Part shown: piece by piece, positions 17,695 to 26,757 of the stretch | Layout: each line of letters opens with the position of its first letter | How positions within the stretch are numbered: the first letter of the stretch is position 1 | Assembly (NCBI GenBank): GCA_040007375.1 | Contig: JBDTVD010000001.1 | Location: forward strand, 1-44,490 | Origin: Bacteroidota bacterium | Lineage (GTDB): Bacteria > Bacteroidota > Bacteroidia > AKYH767-A > OLB10 | Direction: 5' to 3' | DNA: 44,490 nt | Made by a program: the position numbers and the translations under genes | The notes under the pieces: generated by a model | The model's database searches: none | The model's input: only the letters and a program-made list of their open reading frames with translations | What the model was told of the DNA's origin: nothing

Positions 17695-19083
17695 TCAGTT
17701 TTTCTTTACAATTTGAGCAAGCATCTCCGCTTCCATAACAACTTTATCACCTACTAAAGCTTCACCTCTCATATGGCAAAGTCCGCGTCGGATAGGAGTG
17801 ATTAATTCAAGATGAAACACCAATGTATCTCCCGGAATTACTTTCTGCTTAAATCGTGCTTCGGTAATTTTCATAAAATAGGTTAAGTAATTTTCCGGAT
17901 CCGGAACAGTACCTAAGATGAGCATTCCACCGGTTTGTGCCATCGCTTCAATTTGTAATACACCAGGCATAATTGGGTTATCAGGAAAATGTCCCTGGAA
18001 AAACCATTCATTCATCGTTACATTTTTTACTCCTACAACATGCTGATCAGAGATCTCTGTAATTTTATCAATAAGAAGAAAAGGATATTTATGAGGTAAC
18101 ATTTTAGAGATCTTGTTAATGTCAGCAACAGCAGGTGCCGAAGGATCAAAATGTCTTTTATTTACTGTTGTACCTTTAATATGTGCTTTTATTTTTTTTG
18201 CGAAATCAACATTGGCCGCATGTCCTGGTCGTGCAGCAAGAATATGACCCTGTATATGCTGACCAATTAATGCAAGATCACCAATGATATCTAAAAGTTT
18301 ATGACGTGCAGGTTCATTTTGAAAATGTAACTGCACATTATTTAATATTCCTTTTTCTTTAATCTGCACACTTGGTTTGCCAAACAGTTTAGCAAGCTCA
18401 TCCAGTTTTTCCTGGCTGATTGGTTTATCTACAACAACGATTGCATTATTCAGATCACCACCTTTAATAAGATTGTGTTTCACCAGCATTTCCAGTTCAT
18501 GCAAAAAACAAAATGTACGGCATGTTGAAATCCCATCTTTAAATTCTGAGATCTTATGCAGCTGAGCATGTTGTGTTCCTAAAACCGGACTGTTATAATC
18601 AACCATCACCGTGATCCTGTAATCAGGACTTGGAACGGCAAGCATTTCAACATTACGTGCAGGCTCTTCAAGAGTAATATTTTCATCCAGCACATACACT
18701 TTACGATTTGCATTCTGCTCTGTAATTCCTGCAGTTAATAATGCATCAACAAAAGGACGTGAACTTCCATCCATTATCGGAACTTCAGGGCCATCCAGTT
18801 GTATTAATATATTATCCAGTTCAAGACCAACCAGTGCAGCAAGAGCATGTTCAGTGGTACTTACTTTAGCACCATTCTGCATTAATGTTGTTCCTCTTGA
18901 AGTATCAACTACATTATCCACATCAGCATCAATAATTGGTTTACCTTCCAGATCAATTCTCTGGAATTTATACCAGTGATTTTCCGGTGCAGGCAGAAAA
19001 GTCATCGTAACCTTTTCACCGGTATGAAGACCGACACCAGAAACAGAAACAGCTTTTTTTATAGTGGTTTGCTTGCTTGACAT
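17695..19083 (-). CDS. lpxC-fabZ: Bifunctional UDP-3-O-acyl-GlcNAc deacetylase / 3-hydroxyacyl-ACP dehydratase
   Basis: 462 aa. The N-terminal LpxC part has VSGVGLHTGEKVTMTF and the C-terminal FabZ hot-dog part has LPHKYPFLLIDKI and GHFPDNPIMPGVLQIEAMAQ. This fusion is typical of Bacteroidota. Confidence 0.9.
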   Translation of the reverse strand: MSSKQTTIKKAVSVSGVGLHTGEKVTMTFLPAPENHWYKFQRIDLEGKPIIDADVDNVVDTSRGTTLMQNGAKVSTTEHALAALVGLELDNILIQLDGPEVPIMDGSSRPFVDALLTAGITEQNANRKVYVLDENITLEEPARNVEMLAVPSPDYRITVMVDYNSPVLGTQHAQLHKISEFKDGISTCRTFCFLHELEMLVKHNLIKGGDLNNAIVVVDKPISQEKLDELAKLFGKPSVQIKEKGILNNVQLHFQNEPARHKLLDIIGDLALIGQHIQGHILAARPGHAANVDFAKKIKAHIKGTTVNKRHFDPSAPAVADINKISKMLPHKYPFLLIDKITEISDQHVVGVKNVTMNEWFFQGHFPDNPIMPGVLQIEAMAQTGGMLILGTVPDPENYLTYFMKITEARFKQKVIPGDTLVFHLELITPIRRGLCHMRGEALVGDKVVMEAEMLAQIVKKN

Positions 19084-19105
19084 ACTTTCTTAAAATGAAA
19101 GAACT

Positions 19106-20140
19106 TTATTTTTTTAATGCAGCCAGTTCCTTCTCAAGGGCTGCTATTTTTTTCTCCAGTTCAGGTAACTTGCGGAATACTACATATGTTCTTTTATATT
19201 CGCCTATACCAAAAGAAGGAGATCCCTGTACAATTTCATTTTCATTCAGAATAGAAGCACCAACTCCTGATTGTGCTGCTATTTTCACTCCATCGGCAAT
19301 AGTAATATGTCCTACGATTCCAACCTGTCCGCCAATCATACAGTTTTTACCAACCTTAGCAGATCCTGCAACACCTGACTGTCCGGCAATAACTGTGTTT
19401 TCGCCGATCTCTACATTGTGAGCAATCTGAATCAGGTTATCCAGTTTAACTCCTCTACGGATTATAGTTGATCCTAATGTTGCTCTATCAATAGCGGAGT
19501 TTGCACCAATATCAACATGGTCTTCAATAACCACATTACCAATCTGCGGAACCTTGCTATAATTATTATCGTGGTTCGGCTGAAAACCAAAACCATCAGC
19601 ACCAATTACAGTTCCGGCATGAATAACACAATGTTTACCAATAATGCAATCAGAATAAATTTTTACTCCCTGGAACAAAGTGGTATCATCACCAATAACA
19701 CAATTATCGCCAATATAACTGTTAGGATAAATCATAACACGATCGCCGATAATTACATTCTTTCCAATGTAACTGAAAGCACCAGCATAAATATCTTTTC
19801 CTGTTTTTGCAGATGGATCAATGAATACCTGTTCATCAATTCCCGTCTTATCACGACGCACCTTGTTATATAATTCCAGTAATTGTGCAAAAGCCTGATG
19901 TGGATTAGCTACTCTGATTAATGTAGAAGAAACAGGTTGTAAAGCAGTAAAATCATCTTTAACAATTACAATGCTTGCTTTTGTTGAATAGATGTGTGGT
20001 GTATAAACAGGATTAGCAAGAAAGGTAAGAGAGCCTGGCATTCCCTCTTCTATTTTTGAAAGTCTGGTTACTTTAGCTTCCTGGTCACCATCGATGGTAC
20101 CATTAAGTAAATCTGCTATCTGCCGGGCTGTGAATTCCAT
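19106..20140 (-). CDS. lpxD: UDP-3-O-(3-hydroxyacyl)glucosamine N-acyltransferase
   Basis: Hexapeptide-repeat beta-helix core. I place the start at [12 protein letters not shown] (20140) because a -7 promoter box lies inside the 19-codon extension offered by the ORF track. Confidence 0.85.
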   Translation of the reverse strand: MEFTARQIADLLNGTIDGDQEAKVTRLSKIEEGMPGSLTFLANPVYTPHIYSTKASIVIVKDDFTALQPVSSTLIRVANPHQAFAQLLELYNKVRRDKTGIDEQVFIDPSAKTGKDIYAGAFSYIGKNVIIGDRVMIYPNSYIGDNCVIGDDTTLFQGVKIYSDCIIGKHCVIHAGTVIGADGFGFQPNHDNNYSKVPQIGNVVIEDHVDIGANSAIDRATLGSTIIRRGVKLDNLIQIAHNVEIGENTVIAGQSGVAGSAKVGKNCMIGGQVGIVGHITIADGVKIAAQSGVGASILNENEIVQGSPSFGIGEYKRTYVVFRKLPELEKKIAALEKELAALKK

Positions 20141-20155
20141 TGCTGAATAAGTGGG

Positions 20156-20163
20156 CAAAGGTA
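20156..20163 (-). promoter_or_regulatory. Bacteroidota -7 promoter box (TACCTTTG) upstream of lpxD
   Basis: CAAAGGTA on the + strand, 15 nt upstream of the ATG at 20140. Confidence 0.45.
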
Positions 20164-20226
20164 TTAAATGAGATGGAATGGCAAAGCAGCTGATCATAAC
20201 ACTTGTCCGATATAAATATTAAATCA

Positions 20227-20234
20227 TATTTTTG
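20227..20234 (+). promoter_or_regulatory. Bacteroidota -7 promoter box (TATTTTTG) upstream of the orphan gene
   Basis: Perfect TAnnTTTG ending 5 nt before the ATG at 20240. Confidence 0.4.
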
Positions 20235-20239
20235 TTTTC

Positions 20240-20773
20240 ATGAACAAATATCAACGTACTGCAATCGCTCTTACTACGTGTCTGTTTTTCATAACCCAAT
20301 TCATTGTGGCATCAGGAAATGAGCCTTCTGAAAAAGGAAAGATTCCCAACCTGTCAAATTATGGAATTACGGCTGAAGAATTTAAATCATTACCAGCCAG
20401 AGTACAGAAAAAAATACCATCCAGTCTGATGCAGTCTGATTCGTTATTGCTTTCAATTGTTTTAATGGCGGATAACAACAGTACTGATTATCCGAAACAG
20501 TTTGAAGTAGAAGGTGTAACCGGAAGTATCATTCAATCGAAAGGTGATGTGTATGAAGTAAGAGGAGCAGATAAAAAATTACTTGGAATGATTCACAAAA
20601 GCAAGGACGGTAAGAAAAGAACTGTTTGTAATGCTGATGGAATGGTTGTATATAATGATATGGGATTGGGTGGAGTAGCCTGGGTTGGCGTTGGTCTTGG
20701 AGGGATACTGGTTATTTATGGTATGTATTTTCTACTTTATTATCTTTTTTATACTGATGATGGCTCGAGGTAG
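20240..20773 (+). CDS. Hypothetical exported protein with a Gly-rich C-terminal membrane anchor
   Basis: 177-aa ORF with an N-terminal signal-like segment (AIALTTCLFFITQFIVASG) and a C-terminal hydrophobic segment (GLGGVAWVGVGLGGILVIYGMYFLLYYLFY). I recognise no family. Confidence 0.5.
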   Translation: MNKYQRTAIALTTCLFFITQFIVASGNEPSEKGKIPNLSNYGITAEEFKSLPARVQKKIPSSLMQSDSLLLSIVLMADNNSTDYPKQFEVEGVTGSIIQSKGDVYEVRGADKKLLGMIHKSKDGKKRTVCNADGMVVYNDMGLGGVAWVGVGLGGILVIYGMYFLLYYLFYTDDGSR

Positions 20774-20781
20774 GATTTCAG

Positions 20782-22002
20782 TTATTTAAGTTCTTCCAGG
20801 AAACAATAATAATTTTTCTCAACAGGTCTGCTTAATACAGCAACATCCATCTGATCGCTTACCTCTGTGAGTGTGCTTAATGTTCCGTCTTTATAAATAA
20901 TCTTTATTTCTTCTTCGGCAGGATTATATGCACTGTTACTGATAGACCCAGTGAAAACAAAATAAGGTGCTTCATTTCTGCTGATTGAAAACAGTGACAT
21001 TGCTTTCTGAGTTTTTTCTTCCAGCACATCAACTGCTAAAGGTTCTTTTTGAATTTTTATTTTATATAATCTCCTGTTCACCATTCCTGTACACAAACGC
21101 GACAGTATTACATCTTTATGATCTGCCCACACTTTTATTGCACTATATATATCGTAATCATCAAGTCGGGAATAAATGTTTAACGTATGGCTGTTTTCAA
21201 AATCCTTTTCAGTGATTGTATTTTTCAAAAAGAATTCCAGCACCGGTGATGCAAATAATTTTTCTCCGGATGCAGTAAGTTCTTTTGCACGTTCCATTAT
21301 TTTCACCAGGAGTTGTTCAGCACCCAATACTGTTTTATGCAGATAAACCTGCCAGTACATAAGTCTCCTTGCCATAATAAATTTTTCAATGCTGTAAATT
21401 CCCTTTTCTTCAATCACCAGACTACCATTATGTAACTCCAGCATCTTAATAATACGTTGCGCTCCTATTTTACCTTCCAGCACTCCAGTATAAAAACTAT
21501 CTCTGTTGAGGTAATCCAGTCTGTCCATATCCAGTTGGCTGCTTACCAGTTGGTGGAGGAATTTTTTATGATATTCATTTTTGAAAATACTGATGGCCAT
21601 TTCAAGTGCATGATCAAACTCTTTATTAATAGCCTGCATAAAGAGCAATGATAACTTTTCGTGATTTACTTCAGCTATGGTATTTTCCAATGCATGAGAA
21701 AAAGGAGCATGACCCATATCGTGCAGCAGAATGGCAATATATACTGCCTTTGCTTCATCATTCGAAATCTCATGTCCTTTTGATCTTAATGTTTCCACTG
21801 CCTGCGTCATCAGATGCAAAGCACCCAAAGCATGATGCAGGCGTGTATGTAAAGCTCCGGGATAAACAAGATGGGTAAGTCCAAGCTGCCGGATACGTCT
21901 TAACCGCTGAAAGTAAGGATGTTCAATAAGATCATAAATAATTTCATCAGGCAATGTGATGAAACCATACACAGGGTCGTTGAAAATCTTTTTCTTATTC
22001 AT
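20782..22002 (-). CDS. HD-domain phosphohydrolase (dNTP triphosphohydrolase-like, COG1078-type)
   Basis: 406 aa with FQRLRRIRQLGL, HTRLHHALGALH and the HD motif LLHDMGHAPFSH, plus DMDRLDYLNRDS. Confidence 0.8.
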   Translation of the reverse strand: MNKKKIFNDPVYGFITLPDEIIYDLIEHPYFQRLRRIRQLGLTHLVYPGALHTRLHHALGALHLMTQAVETLRSKGHEISNDEAKAVYIAILLHDMGHAPFSHALENTIAEVNHEKLSLLFMQAINKEFDHALEMAISIFKNEYHKKFLHQLVSSQLDMDRLDYLNRDSFYTGVLEGKIGAQRIIKMLELHNGSLVIEEKGIYSIEKFIMARRLMYWQVYLHKTVLGAEQLLVKIMERAKELTASGEKLFASPVLEFFLKNTITEKDFENSHTLNIYSRLDDYDIYSAIKVWADHKDVILSRLCTGMVNRRLYKIKIQKEPLAVDVLEEKTQKAMSLFSISRNEAPYFVFTGSISNSAYNPAEEEIKIIYKDGTLSTLTEVSDQMDVAVLSRPVEKNYYCFLEELK

Positions 22003-22122
22003 AACACTAAACTAATTGAAGGTACCGTTAAGAGTGCCTGCCTACGACGACATTTTTCCGGTTGAAGTCAGCAAATATCGCTCATTGTTAGTTAATCACT
22101 TAAATTCATTCAAAATGGCAGT

Positions 22123-22130
22123 TACCTTTG
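22123..22130 (+). promoter_or_regulatory. Bacteroidota -7 promoter box (TACCTTTG) upstream of porX
   Basis: Perfect TAnnTTTG 62 nt upstream of the ATG at 22193. It lies inside the spurious N-terminal extension of the tracked ORF. Confidence 0.45.
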
Positions 22131-22192
22131 CAACGAAGAAAATCAACCACATAACGGTAAATAATCAAGCCGACAGACCAACCACGATATAT

Positions 22193-23749
22193 ATGGATAA
22201 AATAAGTATTTTATGGACAGATGATGAAATAGACCTGTTAAAACCGCATGTTTTGTTTTTACAGGAGAAAGGATATGAAGTAAAAACTGCAACAAACGGA
22301 CAGGATGCAATAGACCTTGTTACTAAACAGGATTTCGATATTATTTTTCTTGATGAAAACATGCCTGGCTTAAGTGGATTGGAAACACTTGTAAAAATTA
22401 AAAACCTGAAGTCGAATATTCCGGTTATTATGATTACCAAGAGTGAGGAAGAAGCCATCATGGAAGAAGCAATTGGAAGTAAGATTGCAGATTACCTGAT
22501 TAAACCTGTTAATCCGAACCAGATATTATTATCACTGAAAAAAAACCTGGATAATAAAAGACTGGTTAGTGAAAAAACAACTTCAGCATATCAGCAGGAA
22601 TTCAGGAATATAGGAATGACATTCAGTGATAAACTATCCTTTAACGAATGGGTTGATATATATAAAAAGCTGGTGTTCTGGGAAATTGAACTGGAGAAAA
22701 CTTCAGATCAGAGTATGTATGATATTCTTTCCATGCAGAAGAATGAAGCCAATCAGTTGTTCTGCAAATTCGTGGAGAATAATTATCCGGGCTGGCTTAA
22801 AAATCCTGACACTGCGCCATTACTTTCTCACAACCTGATCAAACAAAAAGCATTGCCATTAGCTGATTCATCTGATGAACCGGTATTTTTTATTCTTATT
22901 GACAATCTGCGATATGATCAGTGGAAAACAATTCAGCCTATTATACTGGAGTATTTTAAAATGGATGAGGAAGATGCTTATTGCAGTATACTTCCCACTG
23001 CAACACAATATGCACGCAATGCAATATTTGCAGGACTGATGCCTTCTGAAATTGAAAAACGTTTTCCGAAATTATGGTTTAATGATGATGAGGAAGGAGG
23101 AAAGAATCTGCATGAGGAAGAATTCCTTGCTGACCAGTTACAACGTCATCGCAAAACATATAAATATTCTTATCATAAAATTACCAATTTTGAAGCAGGT
23201 AAAGATCTTGTTGATCAGATTCCAAATCTCTTCAAAAATAAATTCAATGCAATTGTTTACAATTTTGTAGATATGCTTTCACATGCGCGAACTGACATGC
23301 AGGTAATACGCGAACTGGCTGATGATGAAAAAGCATATCGCTCCATAACCTTAAGCTGGTTTGAACATTCTCCATTGCTTGAAATGCTTAAACGTATTGC
23401 ATCAAAACCATGTAAAGTGATAATCACAACGGATCATGGAACCATACGGGTGAAGGAGGCTTCTAAATTAATTGGTGATAGAAATACAAATACCAATCTT
23501 CGATACAAGCAGGGAAAAAATATTACTTACGAAAAGAAAGATGTGCTGGAAATTAAAAATCCTTCTGATGTTTTTTTGCCAAAGATTAATGTAAGTCAAA
23601 CGTTTGTTTTTGCTAAAGGAGATAAGTTTTTTGCTTACCCGAATAACTACAATTATTATGTGAGTCATTATAAGAATACCTTTCAGCATGGTGGAATTTC
23701 ACAGGAGGAAATGATTATTCCGGTGATCACACTGCATAGCAAGACATAA
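22193..23749 (+). CDS. porX: Response regulator receiver + PglZ (alkaline-phosphatase-like) domain protein, PorX type
   Basis: 518 aa counted from MDKISILWTDDEIDLLKPH. The receiver domain has the phospho-acceptor context DIIFLDENMPG and KP (YLIKPV). The C-terminal PglZ-like region has ILIDNLRYDQW, VDMLSHAR and TTDHG. tsaE follows, as in other Bacteroidota. Confidence 0.8.
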   Translation: MDKISILWTDDEIDLLKPHVLFLQEKGYEVKTATNGQDAIDLVTKQDFDIIFLDENMPGLSGLETLVKIKNLKSNIPVIMITKSEEEAIMEEAIGSKIADYLIKPVNPNQILLSLKKNLDNKRLVSEKTTSAYQQEFRNIGMTFSDKLSFNEWVDIYKKLVFWEIELEKTSDQSMYDILSMQKNEANQLFCKFVENNYPGWLKNPDTAPLLSHNLIKQKALPLADSSDEPVFFILIDNLRYDQWKTIQPIILEYFKMDEEDAYCSILPTATQYARNAIFAGLMPSEIEKRFPKLWFNDDEEGGKNLHEEEFLADQLQRHRKTYKYSYHKITNFEAGKDLVDQIPNLFKNKFNAIVYNFVDMLSHARTDMQVIRELADDEKAYRSITLSWFEHSPLLEMLKRIASKPCKVIITTDHGTIRVKEASKLIGDRNTNTNLRYKQGKNITYEKKDVLEIKNPSDVFLPKINVSQTFVFAKGDKFFAYPNNYNYYVSHYKNTFQHGGISQEEMIIPVITLHSKT

Positions 23750-23773
23750 GTAGCAAGACATAAGTATCAAGAC
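23738..23773 (+). repeat. 14-nt direct repeat AGCAAGACATAAGT x2.6 spanning the porX stop codon
   Basis: AGCAAGACATAAGT at 23738-23751 and 23752-23765, then the partial unit ATCAAGAC. The porX TAA (23747-23749) is inside unit 1. Confidence 0.8.
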
Positions 23774-23780
23774 TAAATTT

Positions 23781-23788
23781 TATTTTTG
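23781..23788 (+). promoter_or_regulatory. Bacteroidota -7 promoter box (TATTTTTG) upstream of tsaE
   Basis: Perfect TAnnTTTG 53 nt upstream of the ATG at 23842. Confidence 0.4.
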
Positions 23789-23841
23789 CTTCCTGACACC
23801 TGTCACTCATTGCTACGGACTCAAAGCTCACAGCCAGGAAT

Positions 23842-24279
23842 ATGATCTTTAAATATACATGTGTTCAGCCAGAAGAACTTAAGGAGATCGCTGTGAAGAT
23901 GCTGGAGGATGCAGGCTCGCATAATTTTTTTGCGCTCTATGGAAATATGGGTGCTGGAAAAACTACTTTGGTTAAAGAGCTTTGTACTGTATTAGGTGCC
24001 CTTGATGTAGTGAGCAGTCCTACATATGCTATTATGAATGAATACCACACCAGGAGCGGAACGAGCATTTTTCATTTCGATTTTTATCGTCTGAAAAACA
24101 TATCAGAAGCCTACGATCTGGGATATGAAAATTACTTTTTCAGTAATTCTTTCTGTTTTGTAGAATGGCCCGAAAAAATAGAAAGTTTGTTAGATTTCCC
24201 AAAAGCATCTATTTTTATCACTTCTGAAAACAACCAGCGAATTATAGAACTTCATACTGAAGATCAGCAGCAACCATAA
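23842..24279 (+). CDS. tsaE: tRNA threonylcarbamoyladenosine biosynthesis ATPase TsaE
   Basis: 145 aa with the P-loop GNMGAGKTT, plus SPTYAIMNEY and HFDFYRL, typical of YjeE/TsaE. Confidence 0.85.
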   Translation: MIFKYTCVQPEELKEIAVKMLEDAGSHNFFALYGNMGAGKTTLVKELCTVLGALDVVSSPTYAIMNEYHTRSGTSIFHFDFYRLKNISEAYDLGYENYFFSNSFCFVEWPEKIESLLDFPKASIFITSENNQRIIELHTEDQQQP

Positions 24280-24335
24280 TTTTTAATGTAAGCTGCATTC
24301 AGAATCAGGTGATGCGTTTGCAGTACTACTAAAAT

Positions 24336-25562
24336 ATGTCGAAAAAAATCAGCGGTTTTACAGCATTGGCACAACAGGGTGTACTAATGCCTCAGGAGTC
24401 AGTTCTTGAAATAAGCAAGCTGAAGAAAGAATTATATATAGGTATTCCTAAGGAAACATCCTTTCAGGAAAACCGTGTTCCCTTAGTACCTGAGTCGGTT
24501 GCTTTACTGGTAAGTAATGGTCATGATATATTGATTGAAACCGGTACAGGAAATAATGCACATTTTACTGATAGTGATTACAGCGAGGCAGGTGCACAGA
24601 TTGCTTATACTGCTGATGAAGTTTACCAGAAATGTGCGCTTGTGCTGAAGGTTGCTCCTCCATCTGTAGAAGAGCTGGATAAATTTAAAGACAAGCAATG
24701 TCTGATGTCCATTCTTCAAATTGGAATGCAGCCGGAAGGATATATAAATAAACTCAGCTCAAAAAAAATTACCGCACTTGCTTATGAATATATAAAGGAT
24801 GAAACAGATTTATATCCTGTTATCCAGGCAATGAGTGAAATAGTGGGAAGTGCTGCCATACTTATTGCCAGTGAATATATGAGTAACACTACAGGTGGAA
24901 AAGGAGAGTTGCTTGGTGGTGTATCTGGTATTCCACCTACAGAAGTGGTGATACTTGGCGCAGGAACTGTTGGTGAATATGCTGCACGTGCTGCTTTAGG
25001 TTTAGGTGCAAGTGTGAAGATTTTTGATAACTCTCTTTATAAATTAAGGAGACTGCAGAAAAATCTTGGATCACGTATATATACATCTACACTGAATCCT
25101 TCTGTACTATTAAAATCATTACGTACATGTGATGTAGCCATCGGTGCCATACTTGGTAAAGAAGGAAGATCACCAATTGTTGTTACAGAAGAAATGGTAA
25201 GTGAAATGCGTTTTGGTTCTGTGGTGATTGATGTAAGTATTGATCAGGGCGGATGTTTTGAAACCAGTGAAGTAACCAATCATAATAATCCTACTTTCAG
25301 AAAATACGGTGTTATTCATTATTGTGTTCCTAATATAGCATCACGTGTTGCCCGTACTGCATCCTGTGCACTCAGCAATATCTTTACACCAATACTTTTA
25401 AATATGGGTGATGAAGGCGGAATGGATGAACTGCTCTGGAAAGATATATATGCACGTAACTCTGCTTATTTATACAGAGGAACAGTAACCAATAAATACG
25501 TTGCTGAATTGTGCAATCTCCCTTACAGGGATTTAAATATGCTGATGGCATCACGGTTTTAA
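24336..25562 (+). CDS. ald: Alanine dehydrogenase / PNT-family NAD(H)-binding protein
   Basis: 408 aa with an AlaDH/PNT N-terminal domain (GIPKETSFQENRVPLVPESV) and the Rossmann motif VVILGAGTVGEYAA. Confidence 0.7.
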   Translation: MSKKISGFTALAQQGVLMPQESVLEISKLKKELYIGIPKETSFQENRVPLVPESVALLVSNGHDILIETGTGNNAHFTDSDYSEAGAQIAYTADEVYQKCALVLKVAPPSVEELDKFKDKQCLMSILQIGMQPEGYINKLSSKKITALAYEYIKDETDLYPVIQAMSEIVGSAAILIASEYMSNTTGGKGELLGGVSGIPPTEVVILGAGTVGEYAARAALGLGASVKIFDNSLYKLRRLQKNLGSRIYTSTLNPSVLLKSLRTCDVAIGAILGKEGRSPIVVTEEMVSEMRFGSVVIDVSIDQGGCFETSEVTNHNNPTFRKYGVIHYCVPNIASRVARTASCALSNIFTPILLNMGDEGGMDELLWKDIYARNSAYLYRGTVTNKYVAELCNLPYRDLNMLMASRF

Positions 25563-25566
25563 ATTG

Positions 25567-25597
25567 GTGCTGAGTGCTGGGTGCTGAGTGCTGAGTC
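25567..25597 (+). repeat. Heptamer tandem array GTGCTGA GTGCTGG GTGCTGA GTGCTGA GTC
   Basis: 4.4 head-to-tail units starting 5 nt after the ald stop. Confidence 0.85.
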
Positions 25598-25680
25598 TTT
25601 AAGATTGTTTTTTCAATGCAAGCCATTCTTTCTATAGTAATAGGAAGGTTTCCAATCCTCGCTCGAAATAATATTTGGTT

Positions 25681-26691
25681 TTAACTCCGAACTTCGAACT
25701 CCCAACTACCAACAACCTCTTCAATATCAATCGTCAATGCACATTTAAAATGTCCTTCCGGGCAGGATGCATAGCCATGTAATCCACAAGGTCTGCAATC
25801 AAGTTTTACTTTTGTTTCAACGATGGAAGAATTGTCTGACAATGGTCCGAAACCAAATGCTGGAACAGTTGAACAATAGATAGCAGTAACAGGTGCGTTC
25901 ATTGCAGAAGCAATATGTAAAGGTGCAGAGTCATTTACATAATTCATACTGGCATCTTTCATTAAGGCTGCCGTTTGTAAAATGCTCAGGTCACCAGCCA
26001 GATTTTTAGCCGCAGCAACATCTGCATCCAGAATTATTTCATCACATAACTTTCTGTCAGCAGGAGATCCTAACAGGTAGATGTTGCTTTTTTTTTTAAA
26101 TGATAAATGCCTTATCAATTCAACCCATTTCTCTTTGGGAAACTGCTTGGTAAACCATACCGATGCAGGAGCAATGCATATATAATCTCCTGTTTTGAAA
26201 TTTGCAACTTTGTCAAAATCGGTTGTGGAGGGATAGAGTTTTGGGCGAACAGGTTTATTATCCGTAATGGATTCCACCAGCATGATGTTGCGTTCCACTT
26301 CATGCTTATTGCCAGTGGCATTTATTTCGTGATGAATTTTCTTTTCAAAAAAAACAGAGAAAGGATTTTTATCATACCCAATTGTATGTTTTGCATTACC
26401 TGCAACAGTAACTAATCCGGAAGCAGCAAAGCGTTGCAGGTTTATTATATAATCGTATTTCTTATTTCGTATTCTGCTGATAAGAGAAAACAGATTTCTG
26501 TATTTATTATTCTTCTTATCCCAGATCAATACTTCTTCAATAAATGGATGATTTTCCAGCACCTGTTCATTCCCTTTTCTCAACAGAAAATCGATGGAAG
26601 ATTCCGGGTAAAAATGATGTAGTTTTTCGACTAATGAAGTAGCCAGAATTACATCTCCCAGGAATGCTGTTTGAATGAGTAGTATTTTCAC
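25681..26691 (-). CDS. Glycosyltransferase family 9 (LPS heptosyltransferase-like)
   Basis: 336 aa with the N-terminus MKILLIQTAFLGDVILATSL and VNDSAPLHIASAM, typical of GT9. Confidence 0.8.
   Translation of the reverse strand: MKILLIQTAFLGDVILATSLVEKLHHFYPESSIDFLLRKGNEQVLENHPFIEEVLIWDKKNNKYRNLFSLISRIRNKKYDYIINLQRFAASGLVTVAGNAKHTIGYDKNPFSVFFEKKIHHEINATGNKHEVERNIMLVESITDNKPVRPKLYPSTTDFDKVANFKTGDYICIAPASVWFTKQFPKEKWVELIRHLSFKKKSNIYLLGSPADRKLCDEIILDADVAAAKNLAGDLSILQTAALMKDASMNYVNDSAPLHIASAMNAPVTAIYCSTVPAFGFGPLSDNSSIVETKVKLDCRPCGLHGYASCPEGHFKCALTIDIEEVVGSWEFEVRS
25683..25717 (-). repeat. Heptamer tandem array (NNNAGTT)x5 overlapping the 3' end of the GT9 gene
   Basis: + strand AACTCCG AACTTCG AACTCCC AACTACC AACAACC. 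On the - strand this reads GGTTGTT GGTAGTT GGGAGTT CGAAGTT CGGAGTT and encodes the tail VVGSWEFEVRS plus the stop. Confidence 0.8.
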
Positions 26692-26757
26692 TTAATATAT
26701 ATCATCTTCATGCAACAAAAACAGATAAAAATTACTTCTGTTAATGTGTTGCAATTT

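Noticed and set aside
17232-19873. Antisense ORFs across lpxA and lpxD (17232-17489, 17479-17757, 19077-19421, 19517-19873).
   Set aside because: Hexapeptide-repeat (beta-helix) genes typically leave the opposite strand open. The translations are low-complexity and overlap well-supported genes.
20141-20197. 19-codon N-terminal extension of lpxD ([19 protein letters not shown]).
   Set aside because: The extension contains the -7 box at 20156-20163, and [12 protein letters not shown] is a typical LpxD N-terminus.
22016-22192. 59-codon N-terminal extension of the porX ORF in the track (MKVPLRVP...).
   Set aside because: It starts at a TTG and contains a perfect -7 promoter box (22123-22130). 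The receiver domain begins right at the internal ATG at 22193, giving the expected protein of about 518 aa.
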